A DNA stretch of 63,141 nt, the filler included, from Octopus bimaculoides (lineage: Eukaryota): the NCBI RefSeq assembly GCF_001194135.2. It is 7 parts of 7 records of this genome, joined end to end, with 100 filler letters (N's around TTAATTAATTAA, not from the genome) between each part and the next. Parts side by side here need not be neighbours in the genome. Positions count along the whole stretch, not along the records: positions 60,498 to 63,141 come from NC_069003.1; 6 more parts are not named here. One strand, written 5' to 3'. Made by a program: the position numbers and the translations under genes. Positions within the stretch are counted from its first letter, which is position 1, and the number at the start of each line of letters is the position of its first letter. Below the pieces are notes generated by a model, which saw only the letters and a list, made by a program, of their open reading frames with translations, made no database searches and had not been told where the DNA came from. This document shows positions 61,150 to 63,141 of the stretch, piece by piece.

Positions 61150-61378
61150 TTATGTTGTACAGAATAAAGAATGTTATTGGCAGCCAGAGATACCCAAAAA
61201 GTGGCCGAAGCAACCGATTACAAAGAGAAAAAGGGAAGAGAATAAATAGATGGAAAGAAATGAAACTACGTGGTCAATTCATACAAGAAACCAAAAATGT
61301 CGGAAGTAAACATCGTTGGCTCTGGTTCAGGGACGAGAACTTGAAACAAGAGACAGAAACGCTAATTATTTTCAGATT
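61150..61378 (+). mobile_element. R4/Dong-type LINE post-RT fragment
   Basis: RINRWKEMKLRGQFIQET...KHRWLWFRDENLKQETETLII, matching the family's W.EK.LHGQ...W.WL....LK.ETE motif. Confidence 0.7.
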
Positions 61379-62399
61379 TCAAGCTGCATGACTAGTGAGT
61401 TCTCCTAGTTGATTTTTGGGTTTGGTTACCGTTTCTTAATCCCTTAGATTAGTGCCAGTCGACGTAGCCCGCATATGCCAATGCTCCTCAGTGTCCTTGG
61501 TTTCTGCAGGAGCGACTCAAGAGCCAGTCTATTCAGAAAGAAACGAGATGGAGTGAACCTTGACGGACCGATCACGTGATATCGAACGGCTTCGGCGAGT
61601 GACTATTCACCCTAACCACCAAGCATCTGTCGCTGTACATCGCAGCGATCTATCCAGCCTTTGAAGACGATTCCGAAACTGGCTGTTAAGAAGCGGGTTA
61701 CTATGTACTATTAGTATTTCTATTGCCTCTGTACTATTATCATTATTATCGAAAACATTTGAGTAATCTTCGCCTCAATTGTGTTTTATGTACAGAAGTT
61801 TGTAATAAAAGAAACAGTAATCTTACGGTCAGTCTTTTCCTAGCATGCTCCGCATCGGCGGATCAAAAGTCTTCATACATCTGTACAGCATCTGTGGAAA
61901 ACCTCAGTTCGTATTTAAGCGGAGTTTTCTTTCTCTTTTCTGGTTTTGTCGCTTTCACCATCAATCTGCCATTGTTGCCCTTTTTCCATTTCGTTTTTCT
62001 CGTCACAAGACTAAAATGTGGTGCTGCAGGCAGAGGAAACTCTGACGACGAGAGTAAGGTGATCCAATGCACGCGTAACAATAACTACTCCATATAACTC
62101 TTCTCTCCAACTATACTCGGAAATTCAAGGACTGCCTGCAAAACTATTTCGTTACTCTGGGCGCATTTTGGACAAGACTGGCTGCCAGCATTCGGTCAGA
62201 GTTTACCTCCAACCGACAATCGCCCCTCCCCTCACAATAGCACTGCAAGGCCAGAGATTTCAGGTAGTGGGGGTCTTTAGTCGCTAATTGAAAAGTTCTC
62301 TGTAGCAGAGCAGCCAATTAATTTTTGATCCAGAGATTCATTTAGGCCATTGTCGCCCTTCTTCTCCAGTAATCGTCTACAGAATACTAACGTGAAACA

Positions 62400-62870
62400 T
62401 ATTGCTACTATTACGCTACTATTAGTCCTACTATTACTACTGTGCTATTAGTATTACTATGGCTACAGTACTATTAGTATTACTACGGCTACTGTACCAT
62501 TAACATTACTTTTACTGCTATACTATTAGTATTTCTATGGCTACTGTACTGTTAATATTACTACTGTACTATTAGTATTTCTGTTACAACAGTACTATTA
62601 GTACTGATTTCAAATTTTGATAAAAAGCTAGCAATTTCGGGGGAGGGGGGACCTTTTTATTCCATTAACCCCAGTGTTCTATTTGGTACTTATTTTATCG
62701 ATCTCGAAAGGATGGAAAGCAAAGTCGAAATCGGCGAAATACTATACTATCAATATTACTATTACCACTGTAATATCAGTATTACTATGGCTACTATACT
62801 ATAACTATTACTGTGGCTGCAGTACTGTTAGTACTGCTACATTCACTGCAATATTAGTATAACTATTAAC
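62400..62870. repeat. Degenerate TACTATTAG/TACTGT minisatellite
   Basis: Recurring TACTATTAGTATT and TACTATGGCTAC units, split by a SINE A fragment. Confidence 0.75.
62620..62740 (-). mobile_element. SINE family A fragment
   Basis: ACCCCAGTGTTCTATTTGGTACTTATTTTATCGATCTCGAAAGGATGGAAAGCAAAGTCG. Confidence 0.7.
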
Positions 62871-63082
62871 ACCATCAGTCTCTTTGACAGTCTAGGCTAC
62901 AGTAGTACCACCACTCTTCAGCCTGTCTCACCAGAAGCCAACAACAGCGTAACTATAGAAGACCAACTTGGAGAGTTCCATAGATTCCAGAATGTAATTT
63001 CCTAGTTTACGGACATTCCACAACTATTTCTAGACATGTCGGTGATAGCAGTGGCGGCGAGGAGGAGACTATGCTCTGTGCC

Positions 63083-63087
<5 letters not shown>

Positions 63088-63141
<54 letters not shown>
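63088..63141. repeat. (CT)n microsatellite
   Basis: Direct. Confidence 0.95.

Noticed and set aside
61860-62010. Possible minus-strand terminal exon (SCDEKNEMEKGQQWQIDGESDKTRKEKENSA*)
   Set aside because: Short and low-complexity, with no homology recognised and no upstream exon identified.

Overview
Eukaryotic, repeat-dense, gappy draft-assembly DNA. The SINE families and the abundance of microsatellites point to an octopod cephalopod (Octopus-like); this is inference. One host gene is clear. It is a + strand, multi-exon gene (24016-32583; 5' end not found) encoding an N-glycosylation-rich extracellular protein with a MIDAS-intact von Willebrand A domain, a beta-rich/Cys-rich module and a C-terminal GPI-anchor-like tail. 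The most notable structure is that a two-exon module (232 nt + 84 nt) is present twice (A: 27187-27418 + 28035-28118; B: 29516-29747 + 31572-31655). The splice phases make A-then-B read out of frame, but either module alone gives a complete ORF. This suggests mutually exclusive exon-pair splicing, unless a linker exon is hidden in the N gap at 28393-28808. The cassette also has a GC donor, a duplicated poison acceptor, an AG|GTGAGT recursive-type site and an antisense intronic tRNA-Gln(UUG). The rest of the window is mobile DNA: four recurring SINE families (labelled A-D here), a mariner nested in a SINE, a Tigger 5' end, a decayed Helitron, RTE, CR1-type, R4/Dong-type, Penelope-like and Gypsy fragments, and several MITEs. 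One MITE is a Merlin-like element carrying a (CCCTAA)n-(TTAGGG)n palindrome. Exon, tRNA, TIR and TSD coordinates were counted by hand; SINE and LINE fragment boundaries are approximate. No database searches were run.
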